Below, one piece after another: positions 1 to 13,584 of a stretch of DNA of 64,000 nt. Source of the DNA: the human T2T-CHM13v2.0 reference genome, Homo sapiens; assembly GCF_009914755.1 (NCBI RefSeq), contig NC_060942.1, one strand, 5' to 3'. Under the pieces are notes generated by a model. It was not told where the DNA came from. It made no database searches and was given only the letters and a program-made list of their open reading frames with translations. The number at the start of each line of letters is the position of its first letter. Within the stretch, counting starts at the first letter, position 1. The position numbers and the translations under genes are program-made.

Positions 1-459
1 TTTATTATCTGAGTCACTCATGTAGCCATCCTGGGAGGTATTAGGAACACCCTTTTACAGATGCAGAGGTGGAAGCCTGGAGAAGGGAAGTGGTTCCCCC
101 CAGGTCCTCCATCCAGTAAGGGGCAAGGCCTCAGTCCCAACAAAGCTCTACCTCTGTTGCAGCTCATAGCTCAGTTTCCTCAACTACAGAAAGGATGCAG
201 CGTTGCTTATCAAATGGGGTGGTTTCGAAAGCAGCATATTTAAACTCTGGATTAGGACCCCATTAAACTTGAATCTGGATCAGATCTAGGGAGAAGTTTA
301 CTTTTGTGCTATTCATAAAAGAAAAGGTTTAGAAAGCCAAGAACCGTGTAAACCACATTGCTGGGTGGGAGGATGTGAAAAGTATGTAAGCAAATAAACT
401 ATCTCTAAGCAACTCAAACATAAGACAAACATTTATTTGCATATAGATGAGTGATGTGA

Positions 460-775
460 TTGCTTCTGCCTGGAACCATTTTTCACTTTTCTGTGTTTTC
501 CCCTTTTTTTCTAACTAACTTTTATTTATCCTTCAAGTCATGCCTTAACTGTCATGCCCTGTGGAAAGCCTCTACTGACCCCTGCACTAAGTGACTCACT
601 TCTATTATACTATCCTGTGTCCTCCATTATTTTAATTGCTTGTTTATTTTCTGTCTTCCTTTCCAGGCAGCAAATTCCACAGTAACAGTAGCAATGATGT
701 CCTTAGCACTTAGCACAGTCCCTGACACACTGCCAAAAGTACATGTAAAATGAATATATGAAAGAATAAATGATA
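460..775 (+). mobile_element. L2 LINE 3' fragment (old, degenerate)
   Basis: L2 3' motifs (TTCTGCCTGGAA, CCTTCAAGTC, AGCACTTAGCACAGT) ending in GAAT-like repeats; boundaries approximate. Confidence 0.55.
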
Positions 776-1645
776 TGCTAATTACAAATCACAGGTTCCT
801 CTAAGATACTTTTCCCAAACAAGTCACTAAATGGATTGAATAGTCACTCCTTTAACTGCTTGTTCTCTCTCTGTGCCTTTTTCAACAACTTTTGATTAAA
901 TCGCTACTGTTCATCAGATTCCATACTAGATGAAATAGACACATTTATTTGCCCTACGTAACCCACTGTGTCCCGTTCACATGTCTGTAGAGTGCCCATA
1001 ATGCTTTGTAGCACTCATCTATTTACATGTTTGTCTCTACAACTAAAAGGCTATAAACTCGTAGAACTCAGAGTTAGGGTATTGATCATCTTACATCACC
1101 AGAACCTGGCACAGTGAGTGGTAGAGAATAAGTACTTTATAATTGTATTTGGAGTGGTGAATAAAATATTTTAAATTGATACAGCCCTTTGGAAATCAAT
1201 CTGGCAAAATGAATTGAATACCTTAAAATACTTATATTGACTACTTCTAATATAACATAAGTAAATCATTCATCTTAAACAAAAATCCCTATGTAAAAAT
1301 ATTTATCAATTATAGTAACAAAATGTGGGAACTAGTTAAATGTCTATTTGTAAATAAAAGGTTAAGTAATCTACCACACACGTCTACATGTTGGAGTATT
1401 GTGCAGGCTTTATAAATGATGCTAAGGAAGAACACAGGAAAGTGATCATGAAATCACTTTTAATTAAATAAAATTTAAGTATTAAAATTGTATTTTAAAT
1501 ACCATATTCATATATTCATTTTTGAAAAAAATTAAAGCAAGCTAATTATAGGAAACACAATACATGAAAGAAATAGACAAACATATCATGTGTTTGGTGA
1601 ATGATCAATGGGCATTTTGCTTTTATTTCCTTATGTGTTAAGTAA

Positions 1646-1978
<333 letters not shown>

Positions 1979-2015
1979 AAGTTTGCTCATTTTATAATGA
2001 AAATAATGTCATTGA

Positions 2016-2470
2016 AGACTTCCATTTCCAACCATTACAGAGAAATGAGAACCAAAATTTACCTCCCACCCTAAACAACTTATAAAACTGAACAAAATAC
2101 ATGAAATAACAGTTTTAGATATTGAACAAGAGGTGGCAAAGGAGAATGATCCATGAGAAAAAGTAAACAAATGATGTGAGCACTACGAATGCCCCAGCTC
2201 ACTGTCTAGAGAGTATGTCAAGGTCACAGCACAAGCAGAAGCAGCCCATGCATAACCTGGAGGTCTCCCTGAGTTGAGGAAACAGAGTTCAGAGTTCAAG
2301 AGGCAAGAATTCTCAGAATAGAGCACCAGAGAGGAGAGAGCTTCACCGAGAGAGAGAGTCTCAGAGAGCTGAAGAGGATTTCCCTTGAGTCTTCTGTTGA
2401 GTGCTAATCTATGCATCTGTGTGAAGAAACTAGTAAGACTAAGGAAAGAATCACCAGAAAGGAGCAGGCT
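2016..2470 (+). mobile_element. Old L1M 5'-end fragment
   Basis: Resembles recalled L1MC/L1MD-type 5' ends; stops abruptly against an antisense L1 body. Confidence 0.5.
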
Positions 2471-3074
2471 TTCTTAATGAGGAATTGAAATTACTAATTC
2501 AATCTCTTATTATAGATCTATTCAGATTTTCTATGTTTTCTTGATCATTTTTGGTAATCTGTTTTTTTAGGACTTTGTCCATGCCACATAGGTTATCTAA
2601 TTTGTTAGTATACAGTCGTTCATAGTATTCCTTATAGTTATTTTATTTCTGTAAGATCAGCAGCGATGTCTCCTCTTTCATTCTAAATTTTAATGAGTCT
2701 TGTCTCTCTTTCTCTGTCACTCTGTCTCTCTCTCACACACACACACACAAACACACACTACTCCTCTCCTACCATCCATTTACCTGAATGTGAGTCAATT
2801 TTGTTGATGTTTTCAAAGAGCCAACTTTTCAATTCATTGATTTTCTCTATTGTTTTTCTGCTCTATTCCATTTCTTTCTATTCTAATATTTACTATTTAT
2901 TTCCTTCTGCTTGCTGTAGGTTTAGTGTACTCTTCTTTTTTTGGTTTCCTAAGGTGGAACATTAGGTTATTTATTTGACAATTCTCTCTCTCTTTTTTAA
3001 ATATAGATATTTGTAGCTATAAGTTTCACTCTATGCACTGCTTTAGCTGATTCCCTTAAGTTTTGCTATGTTGG

Positions 3075-3350
3075 AAAAGAAAAACAAATACCACATGTTC
3101 TCACTTATAAGTGGAAACTAAACATTCAGTATACATGGACACAAAGAGGGGAACAGTAGACACTGGAACCTACTTGAGGGTGGAAGGTGGGAGGACAGTG
3201 AGGGTTTGAAAAACTACCTATCAGTACACTATGCTCACTACCTTGGTGACAAAATCATTTGCACACCAAACCTCAGGGACACACAATTTACTCATGTAAC
3301 AAACCTGCACATGTATCCCCTGAACCTAAAATAAAAGTTGAAAGAAAGAG
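3075..3350 (+). mobile_element. L1PA15/16-like 3' fragment
   Basis: CATGTTCTCACTTATAAGTGG...AAAAACTACCTATC...TGTAACAAACCTGCACATGTATCCCCTGAACCTAAAATAAAAGTT. Confidence 0.8.
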
Positions 3351-5185
3351 ATTTGGTATGCAGTGTCATCTCAAAGTACTTTCAAATTTTCTTTGTAATT
3401 TATTCTTTGACTCATTGGTTATGAAAGAGTGTGTTCTTTAATTTCCACATATTTGTGAAGTTCCCAATTTTCCTTTACTTATTGATTTTTAATTATATTT
3501 CATTACAGTTAAAAAAATACTTTGCATGATTTCAATTCTTTTAAATTTCTTGATGCTTATATTATGGCCTAGCATATGGTCTATCCTGGAGAACGTTTCA
3601 TGCATTATTGGTAAGAAAGTATCTTCTGATATTATTTAATAGAGTAACTTAGAGATGTCTGTTAGGTTGACTATTTGGTCTATAGTGCTATTCAACTTTC
3701 ATGTTTCCTCGTTGACATTTTGCCTAGTTATTCTATCAATTATTGAACATGATGGATTGAAATCTCCAACTATTATTGTTAAAATTTCTTATTTCTTCTT
3801 TCAATTTTGACAATTTTTCTTCATGTAATTTGGTAATTTGTTGTTAAGTGTTTGTATGTTTATATTTGTTTAATCTTCCTTATAAATTGACCTTTTCTTT
3901 ATTATAAAAATGTTGTTCTTTGCCTCTAGTAACAATTTGGTCTCAAAATTTATTTTGTCTGATATGAGTATAGCCGGTCAAGTTGTCTACTGGTTTTTGT
4001 GTGCATGGTATACCTTTTCTCGTTATTTTATTTTCAATCTATTTGTGTCTTGAATCTAAACTATATTTCTTGTATGTGGTTTATAGTTGGAATATGCTTT
4101 GTTTGTTTGTATGCTTGCTTTTAAAATCCATTGTGCCAATATCTGCTTTTCACTAGAGCACCTATTCCATTTACACTTAATATAACAAATAGTTACATTA
4201 TTGTAATTAATTAGAAGGTAGGATTTATGTCTGCCCCTTTGTTACATGTCTACATGTCTTAGGTCATTTTTGTTCTCTATTTTTTCATTACTGCATTTTT
4301 TGTCTCAAATAGATATGTTCTAATATACCACTTAAATTCCATTGTTCTTTCTTTTACCAAGTTTTTGTGAGTTGCTTTCCTAGTGTTATTCAAACCAGAT
4401 AGGAAAAGTTTTTCCAAAATACATTTATAATTTTATATGTACCCATGTAGTTATCCTTACTGATGCTCTTTATTACTTCATGTGGATTCACATTACCATC
4501 TAGCATTCTCTCATTTCAGCCTGAAGAACTTCCTACTATTTCTTATAGGGAATGTATTTTAGCAACAAATTCTGTTATTTTTTTCTATGTAATATCTCAG
4601 TGTTTGCTTTATTTTTGAAGGATATAAAATTTTTGGTTAACTAAGGGGTTCCCCCTCCCCCCCACCCCCAGCACTTTTTAATAGATCATCCTTATGCCTT
4701 CTGGCTTCCATGGTTTCTGATAAGAAGTAAACTGTTAATCTTATTGAGGAGCTCTTATAAGTGATGACTCACCTTTCTCTTGGTGCTCTGAAGATTCTTG
4801 TCTTTGGTTTTGGCAATTTTATTATGATGTATATAGATGTGAATTTCTTTTAGTTTATCCTACTTGGAGCTTGTTCAGCTTTTTGCATATGCAGATTAAT
4901 GCAGTTCATTAAATTTGCTAAATTTTCAGCCATCATTTAAAAAATATCTTTTTCTTCTCCTTTTTCTTTCTCCTCTTCTCTGGAATTCCTACTACGAATG
5001 TGTTGGCACACTTAATGGTATAAAATATTTGCTTCACAAATCTCTGAGAATCTATTCATTTTTCTCTCTTTTCTTCAAACTAGGTAATCCCAAATGACCT
5101 GTCTTCAAGTTTGCTAATTCTTTCTTTTGCCAACTCAAATTTGTTATTGAGCTTCTCTACCAAATGTTTTGTTTTAGTTACTGAT

Positions 5186-5561
5186 TATATTGGTCCATTT
5201 TCATGCTGCTGATAAAGATGTACCCAAAACTGGGCAATTTACAAAAGAAAGAGGTTTAATTGGACTTATAGTTCCACATGGCTGAGGAAGCCTCACAATC
5301 ATGGCAGAAGGCAAGGAGGAGCAAGTCCCATCTTACATGGATGGCAGCAGGCAAAGAAAGAATGAGGAAGATGTAAAAGCAGAAACCCCTGATAAAACCA
5401 TCAGCTCTCGTGAGACTTACTCACAATCATGAGAACAGTATGAGGGAAACTGCCCCCATAACTCAATTATCTTCCACCAGGTCCCTCCCATAACACATGG
5501 GAATTATGGGAGTACAAGTCAAGATGAGATTAGGGTGGGGACACAGAGCCAAACCATATCA
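5186..5561 (-). mobile_element. THE1 (THE1A-like) MaLR solo LTR
   Basis: Complete ~376-bp reverse THE1 LTR ending CCAAACCATATCA; 5-bp TSD CTGAT/CTGAC. Confidence 0.9.
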
Positions 5562-6561
5562 CTGACTTTTCAACTCCAGGTATTTAAATATAATTTCTAT
5601 ATTTTTATTGACATTCTCTATGTGGTGATACATTGCTCTCATACTTTCCTTTAACTTTTAAAACATGGTTCTTTAGTTCTTTGAACATACTTATAAAAGC
5701 TGCTTTCTGTCTAGTAAGTTAACATCTGGGCTAACTCAAGAACAGTCTCTACTGACTACTTCTTTTTCCCCCCGAGTACGGATCATTCTTTTCTGTTTCT
5801 TTGTAGTTGTTACTATTTGTTTGTATAGTAGCTTTTCTAAACTTACTCTGTAAAGTCTGAATTTCTTATTATGAGCAGCCACTGAAGACTCTGCTCAGTT
5901 CTCTTAATGATCAATTATTGATTTGACAGAGATTTCCTTAAATGCCTTGAACCAATAAGTCTCCTACCATTTATCAAGGGACTCTGTGTGTGTTAGGTCA
6001 CACCTTCAATGCCACAGCCTTCATTGCCTGCATGTGTTAGACCTCAAGGTCATCCAGAGATAAGAGATTAGGGCCTTCTCAGTGCTTTCCTGGCCATGTA
6101 CACAGCCTCACATATGTGCTTGGTCTTCTAGACCCCAGGAATATGTTGGTGCTTTGAATATCTCATTCCCCAGATCCCTTACGTTTACTTTATTTTATTT
6201 TATTTTGGCCTCAACTGGTATCATTGCTACAGACAGCTGTGACTTTAGATAACTGCACTGATTGTTTTTGATATATGTCCTTGGGATCAGGCTTTTCAGA
6301 CTGAACAAGCTTTGTGTCAGGTGAAATATTGATAAGCCCTACAAACAGAGTTTCTCTGGGGAACTTTCGTAGAGGTCAAATATTTTCTCTTTTTGAGGCT
6401 CCCCAAAGCCATTTGATCCTTTCCATTGGCTATTAGGTTGCTGGTTTTCATGGGTACCACGGTTATGAAACTACTGGTCTTCAAGGCTATTCCAGAGCTG
6501 AGGAGAGGGAGTTAGGACTACAGCAGGTTAAAATGCCACAATTCTTGCTGTTTTTACTGAG

Positions 6562-6628
6562 ATTCAGCCTTTTAAAAAAACAAGACTTTGCTTAATTCAG
6601 CCTTTTAAAAAAATTAAGACTTTGCTTA
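6562..6628. repeat. Tandem duplication, 2 x ~33 bp
   Basis: ATTCAGCCTTTTAAAAAAA(C/TT)AAGACTTTGCTTA head-to-tail. Confidence 0.9.
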
Positions 6629-6675
6629 ATTTCCAGAGTTCTGAAAACATTGATTTCAACAATTTTTTATGTTTC

Positions 6676-9600
6676 TTTTTTTAGAACTTTTATTTTAAGT
6701 TCAGAGGTACAAGTCCAGGTTTATTTCATAGATAATACATAGGTAAACTCATGTCATGGGGGTTTGTTGTACAGATTATTTCATCGCCCAGGTATTAGGC
6801 CTAGTACCCACTAGTTGTTTATCTGATCCCCTCCCTCCTTCCACCCTCCAACCTCTGAAAGGCACGAGTGTGTGTTGTTCACCTCTATGTGTCCATGTGT
6901 TCTCATCATTTAGCTTCCACTTATAAGTGAAAATGTGCAGTACTTGGTTTTCTGTTCCTGTGTCAGTTTGCTGAGGATAATGGCCACAAGTTTTATCCAT
7001 GTCCCCACAAAGGACATGATCTCAGTCTTTTTTATAGTTGCATTATATTCCATAGTGTATATGTACCACACTGTCTTTGTTCAGTCTATCATAGATGAGC
7101 ATTTAGGTTGATTCCATGTCTTTGCTATTGTGAATAGTGCTGCAATGAATATGTGTGTTCATGTGTCTTTATAACAGAATGATTTCTATTCCTTTGGGTA
7201 TATACCCAGTAATGGGATTACTGGGTCAAATGGTATTCCTGGTTCTAGGTCTTTGAGGAATTGCCACACTGTCTTCTGCAATGGTTGAACTCATTTACAT
7301 TCCCACCAATAATGTAAAAGTGTTCCTATTTCTCCACAGCCTTGCCAGCATCTGTTGTTTCTTGACTTTGTAATAATTGCCATTCTGACTGGCATGAGAT
7401 GGTATCTCATTGTGGTTTTGATTTGCATTTCTCTAATGATCAGTGGTGTTAAGCTTTTTTTCTAATTATTTTGGCCACATGTATGTATTCTTTTGAAAAG
7501 TGTTTGTTCATGTCCTTTGCCCACTTTTTAATGAGCTTGTTTGTTTGTTGTAAATTTGTTTAAGTTCCTTATAGATACTGGATATTAGACCTTTGTTGAA
7601 TGCATAGTTTGCAAAAATTTTCTCCCATTCTGTAGGTTGTGTGTTTACTTTGTTGATAGTTTATTTTGATATGCAGAAGTTCTTTAGTTTAATTAGATCT
7701 CATTTATCAATTTTAGCTTTTGTTGCAATTGTTTTTGGTGTTTTCGTCATGAAATCTTTCCCCATGCCTATGCCCTGAATGGTATTGCCTAAGTTGTCTT
7801 ACAGGGTTTTTATAATTTTGGGGTTTTACATTTATGTCTTTAATCCATCTTGAGTTAATTTTTGTATATGGTGTAAGGAAGAGGTCCAGTTTCAGTCTTC
7901 TGCATATGGCTAGCCAGATATTCCAGCACCATTTATGCAATAGGGAATCCTTTCCCCATTGCTTGTTTTTGTCAGGTTTGTTGAAGATCAGATCATTTTA
8001 GGTGTGCAGTCTTATTTCTGGGGTCTCTATTCTGTTCCACTGGTCTATGTGTCTGTTCTTGTACAAGTGCCTGCTGTTTTTGTTACTATAGACCTGTAGC
8101 ATAGTTTGAAGTCAGGTAGTGTAATGCCTCTAGCTTTGTTCTTTTTGGTTAGGATTGCCTTGGCTATTGAGGTTCTTTTTTGGTTCCACATGAGTTTTAA
8201 AATAGTCTTTACTTGTTCTGTGAAGAATGTCAATGGTAGTTTAATGAAAATAGTGTTGAATGTATAAATTGCTTTGGGCAGTATGGCCATTTTACTGATA
8301 TTGATTCTTCCTATCCATGAGCATGGAAAGGTTTTCTTTGTTCGTGTCATCTCTGATTTCTTTGAACAGAGGTTTGGAGTTCTCCATATAGAGATCTTTC
8401 GCCTCCCCAATCAGCCATATTCCTAGGTATATTAATCTTTTTGTGGCAATTGTGAATGGGGGTTCATTCCTGATTTGGCTCTTGGCTTGATTGTTGTCGG
8501 TGTATAGGAATGCTAGTGATTTTTGCATATTGATTTTGTATCCTGAGACTTTGCTGAAGTTGTTTATCAGCTTCAGAAGTTTTGGGGCTGAGACAATGAG
8601 GTTTTCTAGATATAAGATCATGTCATCTGCAAACAGGGATAGCTTGACCTCCTCTTCCAGTACTATGTTGAATAGGAGTGGTGAGAGAGGGCATCCTTGT
8701 CTTTTGCCTGTTTTCAAGGGGAATGCTTCCGGCTTTTGCCCATTTAGTATGGTGTCGGCTGTGGGTTTGTCATAGATGGCTCTTATTATTTTGAGGTATA
8801 TTTTTTCAATATCCAGCTTATTGGGAGTTTTAAACATAAATGAATGTTGAATTTTATAAAAAATCTTTTCTTCATCTATTAAGATAATCATGTGGTTTTT
8901 GTTTTTAGTTCCGTTTATGTGATGAATCACATTTATTGATATGCATATGTTGAATCAACCTTGCATCCCAGGGATGAAGCCTACTTCATTGTGGTGGATG
9001 AGCTTTTTGATTGCACCATATTTTCTTTATCCAATCCATCACTGATGGGCACCTGGGTTTATTTCATGTCTTCACTATTATGAATAATGCTGTAATGAAC
9101 ACACGAGTGCAAGTGTCTTTGGTGGAACAATTTATTTTCTTTTGACTATATACCCAGTAATGAGATTGCCCACTTTTTAATGAGATTGATTTTTCTTTCT
9201 TGTAAATTTGTTTAAGTTCCTTGTAGATTCTGCATATTAGGTCTTTGTCAGATGGATAGGTTGAAAAAATTTTCTCCCACTCTGTAGGTTGCCTGTTCAC
9301 TCTGATGATAGTTTCTTTTGCTGTGCAGAAGCTCTTTAGTTTAATTAGATCCCATTTGTCAACTTTTGCTGTTGTTGCAATTACTCTTGGCAATTTCATC
9401 ATATCCATATTCTGAATTCTACTTCTGTCATTTCAGCCATCTCAGCCTCATCCTGCTTCTGAACCCTTGCTGGAGAGGTGATGCGGTCCTCTAGAGAAAA
9501 GAGGGCATGCTGACTTTTTGTGTTTTCAGCATTCTTGCACTGCTTCTTTTTCAAATTTGTGCGGGCTTATTTACCTTCAATCTTTGAGGTTGCTGACCCT

Positions 9601-11176
9601 TGGATGGAGCGTTTTCTTCTTTTAACAGTCTGGCCACCTTTCCATAGGGCTGTTGTGGTTTGCTGGGGGTCCACTCTAGTCCCTAATCACCTCGGATTTT
9701 CCAGTACCTGGAGGCATCACCAGTGAAGGCTGTGAAACAGCAAAGATGGCAGCCTGCCCCTTCCTTTGGGAGCTCCAACCCAGGGAGGTACGGACCTGTT
9801 GCTGGTCCGAACACACCTGTACATGGTGGCTGGAGACCCTGGTTGGGAGGTCTTGCCCAATCAGTCAGGAGGAACGGGATCAGGGTCCCACTTAAAGAAG
9901 CAGTCTGGCCATGCTTTCGTTGAGCATCTGTGCTGTGCTGGGGGATCCCTTCCTCCTTCCATCAGTTTGGACACTCCAAAGCCTGCAGGGTGGAATGGCT
10001 GAGTTGCCCAAACAGCAAAGTTGGCAGCCTGCCCCTCCCGCTGGGAGCTCTGTCCCAGGGAGAATTCAAATTTCTGTTAGCCAGAGAACACCAGCAGGGG
10101 TGGCTGGAGGCCCTGGTTGGGAGGTTCCACCCAGTGAGGAGAAAAGGGATCAGGGATCCAATTAAAGAAGCTTCTGTAGAGCAGCTGTGTTGTGCTGGGG
10201 TACTGCTTCTGCCCTGGTCGACTTGGGTTTTCCAAAGCCTTTAGGCTGGAACGGCTAAGTCACCCAAACAGCAAAGATGGCAGCCCACCTGTCCCTCTGG
10301 GAGTTCTGTCTCAGGGAGAATTCAAATGTCTGTCAGCTGGAGAAGACTAGTGGAGGTGGCTGGAGGCCCCAGTTGGGAGGTCAAGCCCAGTGAGGAGGAA
10401 CAGATCCAGGACCCGCTTAAAAATGCAGTGGGGTCAAGTTTGGGTAGAGCAGCTGTGCTGTGCTGGGGGATCTCTTCCTCCCTCCATCAGTTTGGACTCT
10501 CCAAAGTTCGTAGGGTGGAATGGCTGAGTCGCCCAAACAGTAAAGATGGTGCTCCCCCCCGCCCCACCCCCAGGGACCTCTGTCCCAGGGAGGCGCAGCA
10601 CTGCTGCTGGTGGCTGAAATTCCAAGCCAGTGGGTCTTATCCTGTGAGGTGCAATGGAAGTGACTGCTCCACTCCCTGGATTCAGCCTCTTTCTTAGGGT
10701 TATGTACGGGGGTCTATTCTCCCGCTTTGCTAGAGTTGCAGTTACTTTTGCTGGGAAGCCGGGAGCCGGAGTATCGAAAGCTCCAGGTCTCCACATATGC
10801 CTCAGTGGCTGCTCTGTGAGACTCCACATAGCTCTCTGTGCCGGACTGAAGGCCCTGGTGGAGTGGCTTCTGAGGGGATCTCCTGACCTGAGGGTTGCAA
10901 AGATCCGTGGGAGGAGCATGGTTTCCCAGGGTGGCACATTCACTCGCCACTTCCCTGGGCAGGGGAGGTTCCCTTGCCTCCGTGTCACTCCCAGGTGGGC
11001 CATCATCCTGCCTTGCTTTTCTCCGTTCTCTTTGAGTTGTTTCCTTTATTAGTTCCAATGCAAGTACCTGGATGTTTCAGTTGAAGGTGCTGCATTTACT
11101 CGCCCCTTTCATTCCTCTCTGTGAGAACCATGCACCCTAGCTGCTTCTAGTCGGCCATCTTGGCTGTGCCCTGGAT
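6676..11176 (-). mobile_element. Rearranged L1PA13/15-like LINE-1 composite (5'UTR, ORF1 start, scrambled ORF2 pieces, 3' end)
   Basis: 5' end CCAAGATGGCCGACTAGAAGCAG on minus; ORF2 fragments in ORF track (9064-9408, 8292-8930 with FADD, 8045-8410, 7713-7940); 13/15 TSD at 6661-6675 and 11177-11191. Confidence 0.88.
9630..10595. repeat. About 3.5 tandem monomers of ~265 bp in the L1 5'UTR
   Basis: AAACAG(C/T)AAAG(A/T)TGG recurs at ~9735, 10010, 10266, 10535 with shared flanks. Confidence 0.85.
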
Positions 11177-11499
11177 AATTTTTCTTGTTTCCTCTTAGGG
11201 GAAGAGGGTTTTCAGGGGTCCTTACTCCACCATTGCAGAAGTTCTGCCTCTTATTTCCCTTCATTTATCATGCAAAAGGCACTATAAAATATATACTCTT
11301 TTTGATACTTGCTTTTTCCCCCAATTTACCAATATATCTTAGAAATAATTCCATATAAGTTTACAGAGATCATTTTAAATTTTTAAACTCCATTTAAAAA
11401 ACTCCTTTGTGTGAACGTACTGTTATTTATTAAACTAATCTTACATCTATGTGCTTTTAAATTACTTCTTCAAGATAATTTATCTTTAATACTTAAAGT

Positions 11500-11760
11500 T
11501 ACATGATGCTAGATGCTGTACTAAGTATCTTTATGCATTATCTGATTTAATCCTCAAATAATAATTATAAATAGTAATAATAATTCCTGAATAATAATTT
11601 AAAGTAGATATAGCTGTAGGTGGTATCTTGTTTTACCATGAGAAACTGATGCCTATTGAGATGAAGAAAGCTGCCTAAGGTTACACAGCTAGAAGGTGAT
11701 GAAACCAGGTCCAGATTTCTCATCTCTCTGACACCAAAGCTCTTGCTGTCACTTACTATG
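11500..11760 (-). mobile_element. MIR SINE
   Basis: TTTAATCCTCA...TTTTACCATGAGAAACTGA...AAGGTTACACAGCTAG. Confidence 0.7.
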
Positions 11761-11993
11761 TCACATATTGAAGAAAGCCCTTGATAATCAAAAGCCACCA
11801 GTCCTGAGTCCCCGGTTTGGCACTGGAGCAATGCAACTGGAGCAGCTTCAAAGGAAAATAATGCATCATGAGGGTACATTCATGGATCCTCCCGGGTATC
11901 AGAAGATTCACCAGAAGACATGGTCTCAAGAAGCAAAAGCCAAAGCAGGAGAGAAGAAATTGAAGCTGCTAATAAGTGATGTTTGTGTGCACC

Positions 11994-12291
11994 CTTGGAA
12001 AAAATCCTGATAATGATTCTAGTAAAACCTTAGTAAATTTTCATGAAAGAGGCCAAAGTAGAGTATTATCCTAAGAATTGAGAATTCAAAACTTTGGGGA
12101 TTATTTGAAATTTTATGCATGAACATCTATCTAGCCACCTAAAAAATAAATATATTGTTTCATTTGATTACCTCAAAAGCCTTATGAAGTGTGTCAGATG
12201 TTTAAAACTTCTTTACAGGTTGAGATTTTTCAAAAGAAAAAAATTCTTAATTTTTATTATTATAAACTGTAATTTAAAGTATCAGTAAAGT
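11994..12291 (+). repeat. Local duplication A, copy 1 (298 bp)
   Basis: Matches 13866-14163 with 6 substitutions and no indels by manual alignment. Confidence 0.95.
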
Positions 12292-12400
12292 CAATGGGAA
12301 GATATCTCAGTCTTCCCATGGACAGGAAAGATTCTTAAGAGAGATTAGAGATTCTTTAATAACAGATGAAAACAGAATCAGGGAAATACAGTTGTTAATG

Positions 12401-12595
12401 TAGAGTTGTCAAATTTAGCAAGTAAAAATAGAGAACATCTAGTTAAATTTGAATTGCAGAGAAACAACAAGTAATTTTGTAATATAAGCATGTCCTACTT
12501 ACTTTACTATGAGTATACTTATACTAAAAAAGTACTTGTTGTTTCTCTGAAATTCAAATATAACTGGATGTTCTGTATTTTATCTGGCAATCCTA
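12401..12595. mobile_element. MER53-like palindromic hAT element
   Basis: Termini TAGAGTTGTCA / TGGCAATCCTA; ~195 bp, nearly self-complementary. Confidence 0.85.
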
Positions 12596-13584
12596 TGTAA
12601 TGTGTCTCCATTTACCTCCCAAGCTACTGAGGCCTGGAGAAAAGAGTTACGCATGACACAGAAATAACTGGAAATGTCACCATCACTGGAATGCCTTCCC
12701 AGCAACTTGCATCATGTATTCAGTACTATATGACCTTGAACATGTTTGTCTCTTGCACTTGAGTTTCTCTTATTGCAAAACAGAATTCTCACTAGAGATA
12801 AGAAGAGCCAGCAAGCATGTGTAAGGCCTCTTTACACAGTATTGTATGTATCATATGCTCACTAATTTTCAAAAGAAATTGTACTATGATTTTGGAGTTT
12901 CTTTACACTCCCTTGACAGTTTTAGAATCAGCCTTCTCATTTTTTCCCCATCCATTTTGTCTTTTTTTAAGGGTAGGAAACTGAGAACTGACTAGCAGGC
13001 TTGGAGGACTGAGATGTAGTCCTGATTTATTCTGTAATTGATATATACTCTGTTTGGATGTGGGTGGGTTGGGGTACTCTCATTGTTCTTCAAATCTGGT
13101 AAAAAATTTCTCAACCAGTTGACCGATATTCTTCCTTCTCCCCTAAGGGAGGCCAGAATATCCTTCAGACTCTGAGTGTACCTACATCCATGCCATTCAG
13201 CTGTGGTAGGGGTTGGTTATCTAGACATAGCCCATGACCCAGGTGGTAGAAGCTGCTAGGTAAACCAAGCAGTCACATTGAAGCAAGCTGTGAAAAGTGC
13301 TCTTGGTATATCAGGTTCTATAACCGAATTCAGTGGAGATCTTGACCTCCACAAGTTGAAACCGGAAAGTGTCCTGTGCCTACTTTGTAAAATCCATTGA
13401 TTTATTAAATAGCATCACTGTATATCCAAGAATGGTCTCCCACCTTCTCCATTAAACGCATATGTTCAAAGATTCATAAGTTGCTCATGACTCTCTGTAA
13501 CAGATCTGTTTGATCCTTTTGGAGGCAAAACTTAAGTGCTATAGGAATGACACATTTATGATTTTCTGATAGAGTTTTTTTAAA

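Larger units (their letters stand above)
2471..6675 (-). mobile_element. Ancient L1M body (ORF2/ORF1/5'UTR remnants) interrupted by younger insertions; 5' tip resumes at ~11177-11245
   Basis: T-rich antisense L1 ORF2/ORF1 motifs; TTTCCAGAGTTCTGAAAA at 6630 continues into GGTCCTTACTCCACCATT beyond the nested L1. Confidence 0.7.

Noticed and set aside
9520-11058. Cluster of overlapping 66-190 aa ORFs
   Set aside because: Within a GC-rich old L1 5'UTR repeat array; not a gene cluster or CRISPR-like array
11768-12010. 80-aa ORF running into duplication A
   Set aside because: Non-ATG start and no recognisable protein or processed-pseudogene hallmarks
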